Source of the DNA: an uncultured Bacilli bacterium
Lineage (GTDB): Bacteria > Bacillota_I > Bacilli_A > RFN20 > CAG-826
Assembly (NCBI GenBank): GCA_963722445.1
Contig: CAVRMZ010000047.1
Span: 1,162-65,161, forward strand
Length of the DNA stretch: 64,000 bases
Direction of reading: 5' to 3'
The position numbers and the translations under genes are program-made. How positions within the stretch are numbered: position 1 is the stretch's first letter; every line of letters starts with the position of its first letter. Under the pieces are notes generated by a model, which made no database searches, was not told where the DNA came from, and saw nothing but the letters and a program-made list of their open reading frames with translations. Shown here piece after piece: positions 8,723 through 19,510 of the stretch.

Positions 8723-11700
8723 TAGACTTATTTCAAACCCTGAACAAACTTAATCTGACCTCCCCCCTTGAAAACAAAAAGGGGCATTTTGTTGTTGATG
8801 ATGTTATCGGAACAGGTCTTCTTTTCGCTTCGATTTATCATGAGAACCCCGATGATTATGTTATTGTCTCCAATAATCTTTATAGTGCCCAAAAAACCTA
8901 TGAATTCCTTTTGAATTTCTTAAAAGAAGATCAAGTGGTCTTCTTCCCTGCCGACGAATTGTTGCGGGCTGAAGCTTTATCATCTTCCCGCGAACTGATG
9001 GCGCAAAGGATTTACGCTTTGGGCCAGCTCTCCGAAGGAAGTCCTAAAATACTCGTTACTCACCCTGCCGCGCTTCTTCGCTTTCTGCCCGACCCCACCG
9101 AGTTTAAAAAAAGTATTCTTTATTTGGAGAAAGGCCAAAAGGCCAATCTTGAAGATTTAAAAAACGATCTCGCAATAATGGGTTATAGCCGCGTCAACAA
9201 GATAGACCAATCGCTTCAATTTGCTTCTCGGGGTGACATTCTCGATGTCTTTTCGGTGAACTATCTTTCGCCGGTCCGAATCGAATTTTTTGATGATGAG
9301 ATAGAGAGTATCAAAAACTTTGATATTTCGACTCAGTCCTCCCTAAAGGATATCGGAAAAATAAAGATTCTTCCTGCCACCGACATCTTTTTGACCGATG
9401 ATGAAATAACTTCCTTTGTGGAAAGAATTAAAAAACGGTTAGAAAGTGACTCCAACACACTGCCGCCGTCTTTTAAAGACGTTTTGATGGAAAACGTGAA
9501 TCGTGATGTCGAAGACGTTGTAGAGCGGAGTTATAAGTCAACTTTATATAAGTATTATGGTTTTGCTTTGAATAATTCCTTTTCGGTTTGCTCATATTTC
9601 AAGCCGCGTATCCTCTTTATTCCTGACAAAGATAGTTTTGTTGTGGCTACGGATATGTTGGTAAATGAAGCTCGCGAATATTTTTCGGAACTTCAAAACG
9701 AAAATCTGATTCCAACTCATCTTCAGGAGTATATGGAGGTTAGCAAAGCCTTGCCGAATTATCAAAGGGTGTTCTATGGAAGCAAATTCTTTTCGAGCCC
9801 TGACGATTTTGTTTTTACCGTTCGACATATTGTTTCCTCAGGGTCTGGAATAGCCTCCTTAGTTCCGACTGTTCAAAGTTATCTCCGAAACGACAAAAAA
9901 GTGATTTTGGCTTTGAGTGACCCTCACCAAATCGAAACGGCCAAAAGCTTTTTGGACGATGCCAAGATTCCTTATGAAAATGTGGATGGATTTAATCTGC
10001 CAAACGGGTCTTTGGGCTTGTCAGGTTTAAACCTAAACGAGGGGTTTGAAATACCAGATTGTGGGATTGCCTATCTTTCCAATTCAGAGATATTTGGTCA
10101 GCGCATGGCCAACACCCGTTTCTCTTCTCGTTTTAAAGATGCGACGATTTTAAAAAGTTATGAAGATCTGCGACCGGGCGATTATGTGGTTCATGAATAT
10201 AATGGCGTGGGTCAGTTTGTCGAAATTAAGACTCTCGAAGTCGAAGGAATTCATAGAGATTACTTAAGAATCGCCTACGCTGGAAATGAAACGCTTTATG
10301 TGCCTTTAGAGCAGTTCCGTCTTGTGAGGAAATACGCCGGAAGAGAAGGGGCGGCCCCAAAACTATCTCATTTGTCCGGTGGCGAATGGCAGAAGAAAAA
10401 AGAGCACATTAAGGAAAGGGTCAACGAATTGGCCGATCGCCTTATTGCGTTATACGGAGCGAGGGCTAAAACCACAGGTTTCTCTTTTCCTCCCGATGAT
10501 GAACTGCAAAAGAAATTTGAAGAAGAGTTTCCCTACGAATTAACGCCTGATCAAGCCCGCTCTCTTAAAGAGATCAAAGCCGATATGGAGAAACCTGAAA
10601 TCATGGATCGCCTTTTGTGCGGGGATGTTGGATTTGGCAAAACCGAAATCGCCTTCAGAGCTGCCTTCAAAGCCATTTTAGCAGGCAAACAAGTCGCGCT
10701 TCTTTGCCCTACGACATTATTGGCTCGGCAGCATTATGAAGTAGCGATGCAAAGATTTTCAGACTTTGGAATTCGGATTTGCCTTTTTTCGCGGCTCGTT
10801 CCGCCTGCTCTTCAGAAAATTTCGATTGAAGCGGTAAAAAACGGCAAAGTCGATTTGGTTATTGGAACTCATCGGCTTTTGAGCAAAGAAATACAGTTCA
10901 AAGATTTAGGCTTCCTTATCGTGGATGAGGAACAGCGTTTTGGGGTTGAGCAAAAAGAGAAGATAAAAGAGATGAAAAAGAACGTTGATGTTCTGACGCT
11001 TTCCGCCACCCCGATCCCGCGGACCCTGCAAATGTCTCTCGTCGGAATTCGTCCCCTTTCCCAGATCAACACAGCGCCGGATTCCAGAATGCCTATTCAA
11101 ACTTATGTCGCTCCTTATAAAGAAGACGTTGCTTTTGAACTGATTCAGCGGGAATTAGCTCGGAATGGCCAAATTTTTTATGTCTATAACAAAGTGGCTT
11201 CCATTTATATGAAGGCCAATCTCATCGCTAGGGCCATCCCTTCTGCCAAGATAGGGGTCGTTCATGGTCAGATGGAAAAAGAAGAGATCGAAGATGTCAT
11301 GTCGAAATTCTATGATAACGAAATAAACGTTCTCGTTTGCACTTCCATCATCGAAAACGGAATCGATATTCCTAACGCCAACATGATTATCGTGGAAGAC
11401 GCGGATAAGTTTGGCCTTTCTCAGCTCTATCAAATAAAGGGAAGAGTCGGTCGGGGCGATCGTATTGCTTACGCTTATTTGATGTATAAACCTCAAAAAG
11501 ACATGAACGAAGAAGCGCAAAAACGCCTTCAAGCCATTCAGGAATTCACCGAACTCGGGAGCGGCTACAAAATCGCGCAACGGGATTTGATGATTCGCGG
11601 GGCGGGGGACATCTTGGGAGCCGAGCAAGCGGGGTTTATCGACACAATCGGTCTCGATCTTTATATGAAGCTTCTTAATGAAGCCATTACCGAAAAAAAG

Positions 11701-12201
11701 ACCGGAATCAAGGCCGAACAGCCCAAAGCCAATCATCTTTTCGACATTGACGCCTATATTCCGAAGACTTATGCCATCAATAGCGACAAGGTTGAACTTT
11801 ACCAAGAACTGGAAAATGCCAAAAGCGAATCTGAAGTTGACCTTTTAGCCAAACATATGCGTGATGTCTATGGGAAACTTCCTGATGAAGTTCGGCTTTT
11901 GTTGGCCAAAAAGAAAATTGACCTTTTGGCTTCAAGCGAAGAATTTTCTTCCGTCACTGAGGGGGACACCTATATTGATGTTCTTATGAGCGATGCGTTT
12001 TCGCAGGTTAACGGAATCGGGGTCGATCTCTTCAACGTTGTGGTTCCTTTTCTTTCTTTTATTACCGTTAATTTTCTCGAAAAAAAACTTCATATTCGGA
12101 TGAACAAAGGCAAAGATTGGCTCATTAATCTCGACAAACTGCTTCGCACCATTCATTCGCTTTATCTCAAATATAAGGAAAGGGCCTCTGTGATAAACTA
12201 A
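8719..12201 (+). CDS. mfd: Transcription-repair coupling factor Mfd
   Basis: 1160 aa with a UvrB-homology N-terminus, a CarD/RNAP-interacting domain, SF2 helicase motifs (GDVGFGKTE, DEEQRFG) and a TRG region. The TTG start overlaps the pth stop (TTGA). Confidence 0.9.
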   Translation: MIDLFQTLNKLNLTSPLENKKGHFVVDDVIGTGLLFASIYHENPDDYVIVSNNLYSAQKTYEFLLNFLKEDQVVFFPADELLRAEALSSSRELMAQRIYALGQLSEGSPKILVTHPAALLRFLPDPTEFKKSILYLEKGQKANLEDLKNDLAIMGYSRVNKIDQSLQFASRGDILDVFSVNYLSPVRIEFFDDEIESIKNFDISTQSSLKDIGKIKILPATDIFLTDDEITSFVERIKKRLESDSNTLPPSFKDVLMENVNRDVEDVVERSYKSTLYKYYGFALNNSFSVCSYFKPRILFIPDKDSFVVATDMLVNEAREYFSELQNENLIPTHLQEYMEVSKALPNYQRVFYGSKFFSSPDDFVFTVRHIVSSGSGIASLVPTVQSYLRNDKKVILALSDPHQIETAKSFLDDAKIPYENVDGFNLPNGSLGLSGLNLNEGFEIPDCGIAYLSNSEIFGQRMANTRFSSRFKDATILKSYEDLRPGDYVVHEYNGVGQFVEIKTLEVEGIHRDYLRIAYAGNETLYVPLEQFRLVRKYAGREGAAPKLSHLSGGEWQKKKEHIKERVNELADRLIALYGARAKTTGFSFPPDDELQKKFEEEFPYELTPDQARSLKEIKADMEKPEIMDRLLCGDVGFGKTEIAFRAAFKAILAGKQVALLCPTTLLARQHYEVAMQRFSDFGIRICLFSRLVPPALQKISIEAVKNGKVDLVIGTHRLLSKEIQFKDLGFLIVDEEQRFGVEQKEKIKEMKKNVDVLTLSATPIPRTLQMSLVGIRPLSQINTAPDSRMPIQTYVAPYKEDVAFELIQRELARNGQIFYVYNKVASIYMKANLIARAIPSAKIGVVHGQMEKEEIEDVMSKFYDNEINVLVCTSIIENGIDIPNANMIIVEDADKFGLSQLYQIKGRVGRGDRIAYAYLMYKPQKDMNEEAQKRLQAIQEFTELGSGYKIAQRDLMIRGAGDILGAEQAGFIDTIGLDLYMKLLNEAITEKKTGIKAEQPKANHLFDIDAYIPKTYAINSDKVELYQELENAKSESEVDLLAKHMRDVYGKLPDEVRLLLAKKKIDLLASSEEFSSVTEGDTYIDVLMSDAFSQVNGIGVDLFNVVVPFLSFITVNFLEKKLHIRMNKGKDWLINLDKLLRTIHSLYLKYKERASVIN

Positions 12202-12205
12202 AAAC

Positions 12206-12484
12206 ATGAGAATCGATAAATGGCTTAAGGTTGCGCGTCTTACCAAAAGACGCGAAATTGCCAAGCAACTTTGCGATGACAATGACATCCTCATCAACGG
12301 GCATTTGGCTAAACCTATGACGGAAATCCATGTTGGAGATGACCTTGTTCTTCAAATGGGAAGGCATAAAATCTTGGCAAAAATCATTTCTATTCGCGAA
12401 TTTGCCCGAAAAGAAGAGGCTGTTGGTATGTATGAGATCATCAAAGACGAAATAACTGAAAGAGGAGGAAGCGACAATGCTTGA
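12206..12484 (+). CDS. S4-domain RNA-binding protein (YabO/Hsp15-like)
   Basis: 92 aa; MRIDKWLKVARLTKRREIAK…INGH is an S4 fold. It lies after mfd, as yabO does in B. subtilis. Confidence 0.7.
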   Translation: MRIDKWLKVARLTKRREIAKQLCDDNDILINGHLAKPMTEIHVGDDLVLQMGRHKILAKIISIREFARKEEAVGMYEIIKDEITERGGSDNA

Positions 12485-13730
12485 TTACAAATTTGGTCCC
12501 AAGAATACTTACTTGGTGGCGGTAACTTACGGTCCTGAATCGATGGCGCTTCTGGATATGATGCAAAAATCGGGCGTCAAACCCATCGTCTGTTTTGTTA
12601 ATTATCGCCTCGGGAGCCTCATCGACCAAGCGGAAACAAAACTCAAAGAATATTGCCAAGAAAAAGGATTAACCCTTGAAATCGGGGATGCCAAAGATAC
12701 CGACATCTCGGGGAAAGACGCCGACTTCGAAAAATGGTCGAGGGATGTCCGTTATTATTTCTTTGATAAATTTTACAAAAAGCATCATGCGGCTTCGCTC
12801 TTTTTAGCGCACACGCAGGACGATATCATTGAATCCTACCTCCTCGTTAAAAGATTCGGAGGCAAAATGTCGCTTCAGGGACTCAACAAGGTTTCGTCCT
12901 ATCGTGGCATGATCATTGTTTCGCCTTTGTTAAACTATTCGAGTGAAGATATTTTTGAATACGTCGCTGTCAATAACGTGCCATCATCTCGTGATATTAG
13001 AGCATTTGAAACCTCTGAGTTTCGTTCGAAAATCCGACAGGATATCGTCGAAAAACTAAACGAGGTTGAACGGGACCAAATTTTGTCGGAAATCAATAAA
13101 GAATATGATGATAAAATTCAATTTGCCAGCGCCATCGACAAATCAATTTCGGCAGAGAGCAGTCTCAACATTCGGGAAATAATAGCTTTGTCCGAAGATG
13201 AATTTGCCCAAACGATCATGGATTTCGTGAATAAAAAAGCCAGTGAACATTGCACAATCACCCCAAAGTTATTAGAGAGCATCCGCAAAATGTGCCTTGA
13301 TCCTAATCCCAACATGACTCATCGAATCCAAGGCAACGTTTATATGGTCAAGGAATATGATGAACTCAGCATCGACAACGATGGTTTGGATTTGCCCTAT
13401 TCTTATGTTTTGAAAAAGCCCGGAAAATTCTCTTGCCCGATCTTTGACCTGGACTTCACCTCAGGGGCGGAAGACCGCAATATTCACAAATCTGATTATC
13501 CTTTGACGATTCGCAGCGTTTTGCCTCAAGACATCAGCATTTATGGTGGCTACATGGCCCCGGCTAAAAAAATGCTGTCCGCGGCTGGGATTTCCGAGAG
13601 GCTTTTAAAGGTTTGGCCGGTCTTTCTTAACAAAGACGGAAAAATAGTCTACATTCCAAGGTATAAGAAAGGCTTCAGCGAATATCATTCTTCAATCCTC
13701 TCAATTCATGTAAAAGATGAAGAAAAATGA
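12477..13730 (+). CDS. tilS: tRNA(Ile)-lysidine synthetase-like protein with non-canonical PP-loop
   Basis: The gene sits in the TilS slot between the S4 protein and ftsH. The N-terminus YLVAVTYGPESMALLDMM aligns with the B. subtilis TilS segment IIVGVSGGPDSMALLHAL, and the C-terminus YPLTIRSV…KIVYIPRY resembles the TilS C-domain. The PP-loop SGGxDS is replaced by TYGPES. Confidence 0.65.
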   Translation: MLDYKFGPKNTYLVAVTYGPESMALLDMMQKSGVKPIVCFVNYRLGSLIDQAETKLKEYCQEKGLTLEIGDAKDTDISGKDADFEKWSRDVRYYFFDKFYKKHHAASLFLAHTQDDIIESYLLVKRFGGKMSLQGLNKVSSYRGMIIVSPLLNYSSEDIFEYVAVNNVPSSRDIRAFETSEFRSKIRQDIVEKLNEVERDQILSEINKEYDDKIQFASAIDKSISAESSLNIREIIALSEDEFAQTIMDFVNKKASEHCTITPKLLESIRKMCLDPNPNMTHRIQGNVYMVKEYDELSIDNDGLDLPYSYVLKKPGKFSCPIFDLDFTSGAEDRNIHKSDYPLTIRSVLPQDISIYGGYMAPAKKMLSAAGISERLLKVWPVFLNKDGKIVYIPRYKKGFSEYHSSILSIHVKDEEK

Positions 13731-13832
13731 GAGTAAAATGCTTGTTACGTACACCTAGAAGGGTGTATCGTGCGTGTGTCGCCAACAAAAGGCGCTAGGC
13801 AAAGAGTTAATCTATTGCAAAAGGAGGACCCC

Positions 13833-16088
13833 ATGAACGAAGATAAAAAAAAGCGAAGTGTGTGGTCTTATATTCTCCCTTATTTGATTACGACGGTTTT
13901 CGTAGTTCTTATCGTTTGGTTTGCTTTATCACAGCTGTCCACCAACGTGCAAACCTGGAATACTAATGATGTCGATACCTATTTTGCTTATAACATCGAT
14001 AAAGGCACCTATGATAAGACGCCTTCCAGTTCGGCTAATCACTATTATCTGCAGTCTTTTAAGACGACGACCAAAAATCAATCCGTTGTCGTGGTGACCG
14101 GGGTCGCTTACTCCGAAGAGGAAATCGATAAATACAGCGATCGTTACACTCCAAATTACCAAGCCTTCACCGTGACCATAAATCCGGTCTATTGGGATAA
14201 TTCTTGGGTGGCTACCGATGGGGCAAAGCATCTTCCTTATAGTACGATTTTCTATCAGAAAATCGAAGAATGGAACAACGATATTTATCCGTCCTGCCAG
14301 CGTTTATCGGCTGGCGCTTTCACGTCTAGCGATCCTTATGAAGTCAGTTGGTGGGATACATGGGGCCCAACCATTATTCAGATTGTCGTCATCGGAGGCA
14401 TTACCCTCTTCTTATTTATCAAACTCAATCAGTCTGTGAACGGTTCGAACCGGACGGCTTTGGATTTCAACAAATCCCCGGCGCGACGGGAAGACGCAAG
14501 CAAAGTTCGTTTCTCCGATGTCGCAGGTTGCGATGAAGAGAAGGCCGAAATGGTCGAGATGGTCGAATATTTAAAAGAGCCAAAGAAATATTCGAAGTTT
14601 GGGGCTAGATTGCCTAAAGGCGTGCTTTTAATCGGACCTCCGGGCACAGGCAAAACCCTCTTGGCCAAAGCCGTGGCGGGCGAAGCCGGCGTTCCTTTCT
14701 ACAGCATTTCCGGTTCGGATTTCGTTGAAATGTTCGTTGGCGTTGGCGCTGGTCGTGTCCGCGATCTCTTTAAGCGCGCTAAGCAAACCGCCCCTTGCAT
14801 CATCTTCATTGATGAAATTGATGCCGTGGGTCGTCAACGTGGCGCTGGTTTAGGCGGTGGAAACGACGAGCGTGAGCAAACTCTCAATCAATTGCTCGTG
14901 GAAATGGACGGGTTTGAATACAACTCTGGAATTCTCGTCATGGCCGCGACAAACCGGGACGATGTCTTGGACCCCGCTTTGCTAAGACCTGGCCGGTTCG
15001 ACCGCATCATCACCGTAAGCCTTCCTAACTGCGAAGGACGCGAAGCCATCTTCAAGGTCCATGCGCGCAACAAGAAGATCGATCCCTCTGTGGATTTCCA
15101 TTCTTTGGCCAAACGCACCGTGGGTTTCTCGGGCGCTGATATCGAAAACATTTTAAACGAAGCCGCCATTCTGGCTGTTCGTTTCCATAAGGATTCCGTA
15201 GGTATGGCAGAGATCGACGAAGCCATCGACCGTCGCATCGCCGGACCTGCCAAATCTTCAAAAGGAATGAACGATCAAGAACGGCGGGAAGTGGCCTTTC
15301 ACGAAGCTGGACATGCCGTTATTGGCTTAGTCTTGCCTTATTCCGAGAAGGTTCAGAAGATCACCATCATCCCGCGTGGCAACACGGGCGGTCATGTCTT
15401 AATGACCCCAGACGACGATCGTTTCATCTTGACGAAAAAAGAGCTCTTAGCCCAAATCACGGGTTTGCTTGGCGGCCGTGCTTCCGAAGAGATTTTCTTC
15501 GACGATATCTCAACCGGTGCCGAAAACGACATCCAGGAAGCCACCAAACTGGCTCGTGCCATGGTTACTGAATTCGGAATGTCCGATCTCGGCCCTATCC
15601 AATACGAGAAAAACTCTACCTCGGTTTTCTTAGGCCGTGATTACGCCGACACCCAGAAAAACTTCTCAACGCAAATCGCTTTCGAGATTGACAAGGCGGT
15701 TCGCCAAATCATCGATTCTTGTCATGACGAAGCCAAAAAGATCCTGTTGGCTCACACGCAAGAAGTCACTCTTATAGCGACGACGCTTCTCGAGAAAGAG
15801 ACCATTACCGCGGAGGAAATCGATTCTCTTGTGAAGACTGGTAAACTGCCAGTCAAACAGGTTGGAGTCGTCTCCGAGAAGAACATCTCCGCTCAGGAAA
15901 AAGCCGTGCTTGAGGGCAAGGTCTCCGCAGAGAACCAGATTAAGCAGGATTCTGATAGGGATGCTGCTGCTACGTCTGCTCAAATTGACACGGCGGCAAA
16001 AGCCCCTGAAACGCCGAAATCCGATGTTCCGACGAAACCCGCCGATTCCTCGAGTCAAAGCGAGCCCTCGGACAAAGACAAAAAATAG
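13833..16088 (+). CDS. ftsH: ATP-dependent zinc metalloprotease FtsH
   Basis: Walker A GPPGTGKT, Walker [31 protein letters not shown] and the zinc site HEAGHAV are all present. The start is set at the internal ATG preceded by AAGGAGG (track ORF begins 13770). It has a long extracytoplasmic domain and a low-complexity C-terminal tail. Confidence 0.9.
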   Translation: MNEDKKKRSVWSYILPYLITTVFVVLIVWFALSQLSTNVQTWNTNDVDTYFAYNIDKGTYDKTPSSSANHYYLQSFKTTTKNQSVVVVTGVAYSEEEIDKYSDRYTPNYQAFTVTINPVYWDNSWVATDGAKHLPYSTIFYQKIEEWNNDIYPSCQRLSAGAFTSSDPYEVSWWDTWGPTIIQIVVIGGITLFLFIKLNQSVNGSNRTALDFNKSPARREDASKVRFSDVAGCDEEKAEMVEMVEYLKEPKKYSKFGARLPKGVLLIGPPGTGKTLLAKAVAGEAGVPFYSISGSDFVEMFVGVGAGRVRDLFKRAKQTAPCIIFIDEIDAVGRQRGAGLGGGNDEREQTLNQLLVEMDGFEYNSGILVMAATNRDDVLDPALLRPGRFDRIITVSLPNCEGREAIFKVHARNKKIDPSVDFHSLAKRTVGFSGADIENILNEAAILAVRFHKDSVGMAEIDEAIDRRIAGPAKSSKGMNDQERREVAFHEAGHAVIGLVLPYSEKVQKITIIPRGNTGGHVLMTPDDDRFILTKKELLAQITGLLGGRASEEIFFDDISTGAENDIQEATKLARAMVTEFGMSDLGPIQYEKNSTSVFLGRDYADTQKNFSTQIAFEIDKAVRQIIDSCHDEAKKILLAHTQEVTLIATTLLEKETITAEEIDSLVKTGKLPVKQVGVVSEKNISAQEKAVLEGKVSAENQIKQDSDRDAAATSAQIDTAAKAPETPKSDVPTKPADSSSQSEPSDKDKK

Positions 16089-16126
16089 GAAGGAGGCCGC
16101 AAGGCCTTCTTTCTTTTATTGGCATT

Positions 16127-17110
16127 ATGGAAAAGATTGAAATAGGCGGAATCCCCTTAAGGGGCAATGTTGTTCTTGGCCCGATGGCTGGCGTTACGAC
16201 CTTGGCTTATCGGGAATTCATGAAACCTTTCGGAGTGGCCCTTTCCTATAGCGAAATGATCTCCGATTGCGGCCTCGATTACGGAAACAAGAAGACCATG
16301 GATTACTTCAAGACCTCCTTGGCCGACCGCCCAGTGGGGCTGCAACTATTTGGTTTTAAAACCGAAAACACGCTTAAGGCGATCGAAGTTCTCGAAAAGC
16401 ATGCCGATTATGACTTATTGGACATCAATCTTGGCTGCCCCGTTTATAAAGTCGTGAAAACCGGAGCGGGTTCCGCTTGGCTCAAAGACCCAAACGCTCT
16501 TTATTCTTATATGCACGCAATCTGCAATAAATCCCACAAGCCGGTGACGGCTAAAATAAGGCTAGGTTGGGATTCTGCCTCGATTAACGCTTTTGAAGTT
16601 TCCTCATTGCTCGAAAAAGCCGGAATCCAAATGTTGACCGTTCACGCCAGAACTTCAAAGCAGGGCTATACCGGGCAAGCCGACTTCACGCGAATTAAAG
16701 GATTAGGGAAAAAACTTTCGATTCCTCTTTGCGTGTCTGGGGATATCCTGACGCCCGTTAAAGCGGTGGGAGCGATGAACGAGGCCAACGCTTCTTTGGT
16801 GATGGTGGCCCGCGGTGGGCTAGGAAACCCCCGCCTTGTCACCAACATCCAAAATCTTCTCGATGGCAAAGACCTTTTGCCCGCCCCTACCGTTTTCGAA
16901 CAAGCCCAATGGGCCGAGGATTTCTCAAAAAGGCTTGTCGAATATGAAGGCTCTAGAACCGCGATTATGCAACTTCGGGGTCTTGTCCCCCATTTTTTCT
17001 CGGGGTTTCCTGGATACAAAAAAATTCGGGGCGAAATTTCGATGAACATCAAAACTTTTGATGATTTGATCATTATTCTTGAAGGGATTAAAAATCGGGA
17101 AAGACTTTAA
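16127..17110 (+). CDS. dusB: tRNA-dihydrouridine synthase
   Basis: VLGPMAGVTTLAYR…DINLGCP…K motifs (FMN-binding TIM barrel with the catalytic Cys) are present. The paralog assignment is tentative. Confidence 0.7.
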   Translation: MEKIEIGGIPLRGNVVLGPMAGVTTLAYREFMKPFGVALSYSEMISDCGLDYGNKKTMDYFKTSLADRPVGLQLFGFKTENTLKAIEVLEKHADYDLLDINLGCPVYKVVKTGAGSAWLKDPNALYSYMHAICNKSHKPVTAKIRLGWDSASINAFEVSSLLEKAGIQMLTVHARTSKQGYTGQADFTRIKGLGKKLSIPLCVSGDILTPVKAVGAMNEANASLVMVARGGLGNPRLVTNIQNLLDGKDLLPAPTVFEQAQWAEDFSKRLVEYEGSRTAIMQLRGLVPHFFSGFPGYKKIRGEISMNIKTFDDLIIILEGIKNRERL

Positions 17111-17192
17111 ATCTATTTCGCCTTTAAAAGGTCAAAAACAGGTCTAAATACGGGTTTTTGGAAAGAGTGAAAATTTATTAACGAAATGGCCC

Positions 17193-17220
17193 TTGACGAA
17201 TGGTTTTTCGATACTAGAAT
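17193..17220 (+). promoter_or_regulatory. Sigma-A-like promoter for the MarR-ABC operon
   Basis: TTGACG (17193-17198), a 16-nt spacer, then TAGAAT (17215-17220). It lies inside the 5' end of the track ORF, which argues that the true MarR start is the downstream ATG. Confidence 0.4.
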
Positions 17221-17255
17221 ATTCAAGTGCTAATAAAAAGGTTCGTAACCGAACA

Positions 17256-17741
17256 ATGGAACAAAAAGAACAGCATCCGTTAGGCGCGGAAATCCGCCAT
17301 ACCGGGAATGCCATAAAAAATTACATCAACAATGTGCTTCTTGCAAAACTAAACGAAAAGCTCACAGGAGTCGAAGGGATGACCATGGTTTTTATTTTCC
17401 GCCATCAAGGGCAGGATCTTTCCGCTCGCGATGTCATGGCCCGCTTTGACGTTTCCAAAGCTACCGTTTCTCAGATTCTGCACGGAATCGAGAAAAAAGG
17501 ACTTATTGTCATGAAACCGCTTAAGGATGATAAGCGAGTCAAAATCATCGTCTTGACGGCCAAAGGGCAAAAAATAAACGAAGAATTCACGACTCTCTTT
17601 ACGGAGATGAATTCCAAAATCGAAAAGGGTCTAACGGAAGACGAAAAGATACAATTGCGTTCCACGCTTCTAAAGATGCGAGAAAACATCGGCGATCAAT
17701 GTCCGTCGAATAACCAAAAACATTCGGAGAAAAAAGTATGA
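17256..17741 (+). CDS. MarR-family transcriptional regulator
   Basis: Winged-HTH core (LSARDVMARFDVSKATVSQILHGIEKKGLIVMKPLKDDKRVKII). The stop overlaps the start of the next ABC gene (ATGA). Confidence 0.7.
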   Translation: MEQKEQHPLGAEIRHTGNAIKNYINNVLLAKLNEKLTGVEGMTMVFIFRHQGQDLSARDVMARFDVSKATVSQILHGIEKKGLIVMKPLKDDKRVKIIVLTAKGQKINEEFTTLFTEMNSKIEKGLTEDEKIQLRSTLLKMRENIGDQCPSNNQKHSEKKV

Positions 17742-19510
17742 AAACTTTAAAAACGATTCTGTATTATGTCCACGGCTACTGGAAAGACACAATCTTAACC
17801 TGGCTCTTTGTTTTACTGGAGACGGTTTGCGAAATTCTTGTCGTTTTCTTCATGCAATTCCTGATTAACGATATCAATGTAAGCAAAATGAATGGTGTCA
17901 TAAATCAAAATGCTGTTAATGGAATTTACCTGTATTCTGGTATTATTGCAATTTTGGCGGTGCTGGGGGCGGTTTTCGGAATCATGTCTGGTTTTTGGTC
18001 GGCTAGCGCGTCGGCGGGATTTGGCAAAAACCTCCGTGAAGCCATGTATGTCCAAATTCAAAAATATTCTTTTAAGAACATCGATAAATTCTCAACCAGT
18101 TCCATCATCACTCGCACGACGACCGATGTCGCCAACGTTCAAAACGCTTTTCTACAGGCGATTCGGGCCGTCATCAGAGCTCCGTTCATGATGGTTTTTG
18201 CTTTAATCATGTGTGCCGTCACGGATTGGAAGTTGGCTTGGATTTTCCTTGTTATTATTCCGTTTGTCTTGATTTTCTTGGTCGTAATGTCCACCAAGGT
18301 TCATCCTATTTTTGTTCGTATTTTTGATACTTACGATAATCTTAATGAAGCGGTGGGAGAGGATGTTGAAGGCATTCGCGTCGTTAAATCATATGATCGC
18401 GAGGATTATGAAAAGAAGAAATTTAACGGGATCTCGGATTTTATTTATCGGAACTTCGTCAAAGCCGAGAAAATCTTATCCTGGAACGGACCGGTCGTGA
18501 ACTTTGCGATCTACGGCTCCATCATCGTGCTCTCCTTTTTCGGGGCCGAGGCCATCGTGAACACCAACAGCGTGGAATTGAGCGTTGGCGGCTTAAGCAC
18601 CCTCATCACTTATGTCATGCTTATCATGGCGGCCCTCGTTTGGGTTTCGATGGTCTATGTTATGATCATCATCGCTCGAAACGGAGCTGAACGAATCGTT
18701 GAGGTCATCGAAGAGAAACCGGACATCGTTTCTCCGCAAAACGCCATTATGGAAGTTCCAAACGGGGATGTCGATTTCAACCATGTTAATTTTTCCTACG
18801 TCGATGACAAAAAAGTTCTTGTTGATATCGATTGCCATGTTAAATCCGGCACTATGATCGGCATTTTGGGCTCGACGGGGTCCAGCAAGACCACTCTGAT
18901 CAGCCTTATCGCCCGTCTTTACGACCCAAGCGAAGGCTCGGTCTACGTCGGGGGCCACGACGTCAAGGAATACGATCTGAAAGTCCTTCGCGATTCCGTC
19001 GCGGTGGTCCTTCAGAAGAACACCCTTTTCACCGGATCAATCCGAGACAATCTCTTGTGGGGCGATGCGTCAGCGACCGACGAGGCCATCATGAAAGCCT
19101 GCGATCTCGCTCAGGTTACTTCCTTCCTTAAAGACATGCCCCAAGGGCTCGATACGATGATTGACGAAGGCGGAACGAACGTCTCAGGCGGACAGAAGCA
19201 GCGTCTTTGCATTGCCCGGGCCCTTCTCAAGAATCCGAAGATCCTCATCCTCGACGATTCCACAAGCGCTTGCGATACCCATACCGACGCCTTGATTCGA
19301 GAAGCGCTTCAAAGCGAACGCAAAGATCTGACTAAATTCATCATCGCCCAACGCGTTCTTTCCGTCAGGGATTGCGACGTTATTTGGGTTATGGATCACG
19401 GAAGCATCGTCGCCATGGGATCAAGCGACGAACTCATCAAGAGCTGCCCGATTTACAAAGAACTCTATGAATCCCAGTTAGGTGGAGGTGATTTTGATGC
19501 TCGCAACTAA
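17738..19510 (+). CDS. Heterodimeric ABC exporter subunit A1 (degenerate site; BmrC/PatA/EfrC-like)
   Basis: 590 aa, TMD plus NBD. Walker A GSTGSSKTT, signature VSGGQKQRLCIARA, Walker B ILDDSTSACD (Asp replaces the catalytic Glu). Confidence 0.8.
   Translation: MKTLKTILYYVHGYWKDTILTWLFVLLETVCEILVVFFMQFLINDINVSKMNGVINQNAVNGIYLYSGIIAILAVLGAVFGIMSGFWSASASAGFGKNLREAMYVQIQKYSFKNIDKFSTSSIITRTTTDVANVQNAFLQAIRAVIRAPFMMVFALIMCAVTDWKLAWIFLVIIPFVLIFLVVMSTKVHPIFVRIFDTYDNLNEAVGEDVEGIRVVKSYDREDYEKKKFNGISDFIYRNFVKAEKILSWNGPVVNFAIYGSIIVLSFFGAEAIVNTNSVELSVGGLSTLITYVMLIMAALVWVSMVYVMIIIARNGAERIVEVIEEKPDIVSPQNAIMEVPNGDVDFNHVNFSYVDDKKVLVDIDCHVKSGTMIGILGSTGSSKTTLISLIARLYDPSEGSVYVGGHDVKEYDLKVLRDSVAVVLQKNTLFTGSIRDNLLWGDASATDEAIMKACDLAQVTSFLKDMPQGLDTMIDEGGTNVSGGQKQRLCIARALLKNPKILILDDSTSACDTHTDALIREALQSERKDLTKFIIAQRVLSVRDCDVIWVMDHGSIVAMGSSDELIKSCPIYKELYESQLGGGDFDARN

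Noticed and set aside
11155-11805. 216-aa antisense ORF inside mfd, and other 60-130-aa antisense ORFs inside ftsH, eno, lysS and other genes
   Set aside because: They are embedded in highly conserved housekeeping genes on the opposite strand. They have no motifs and no RBS. These are typical shadow ORFs.
17193-17255. Track ORF start (TTG at 17193) for the MarR regulator
   Set aside because: The first 21 codons overlay a good -35/-10 promoter (TTGACG-16-TAGAAT). The internal ATG at 17256 gives a normal-length MarR, so the upstream extension was rejected.
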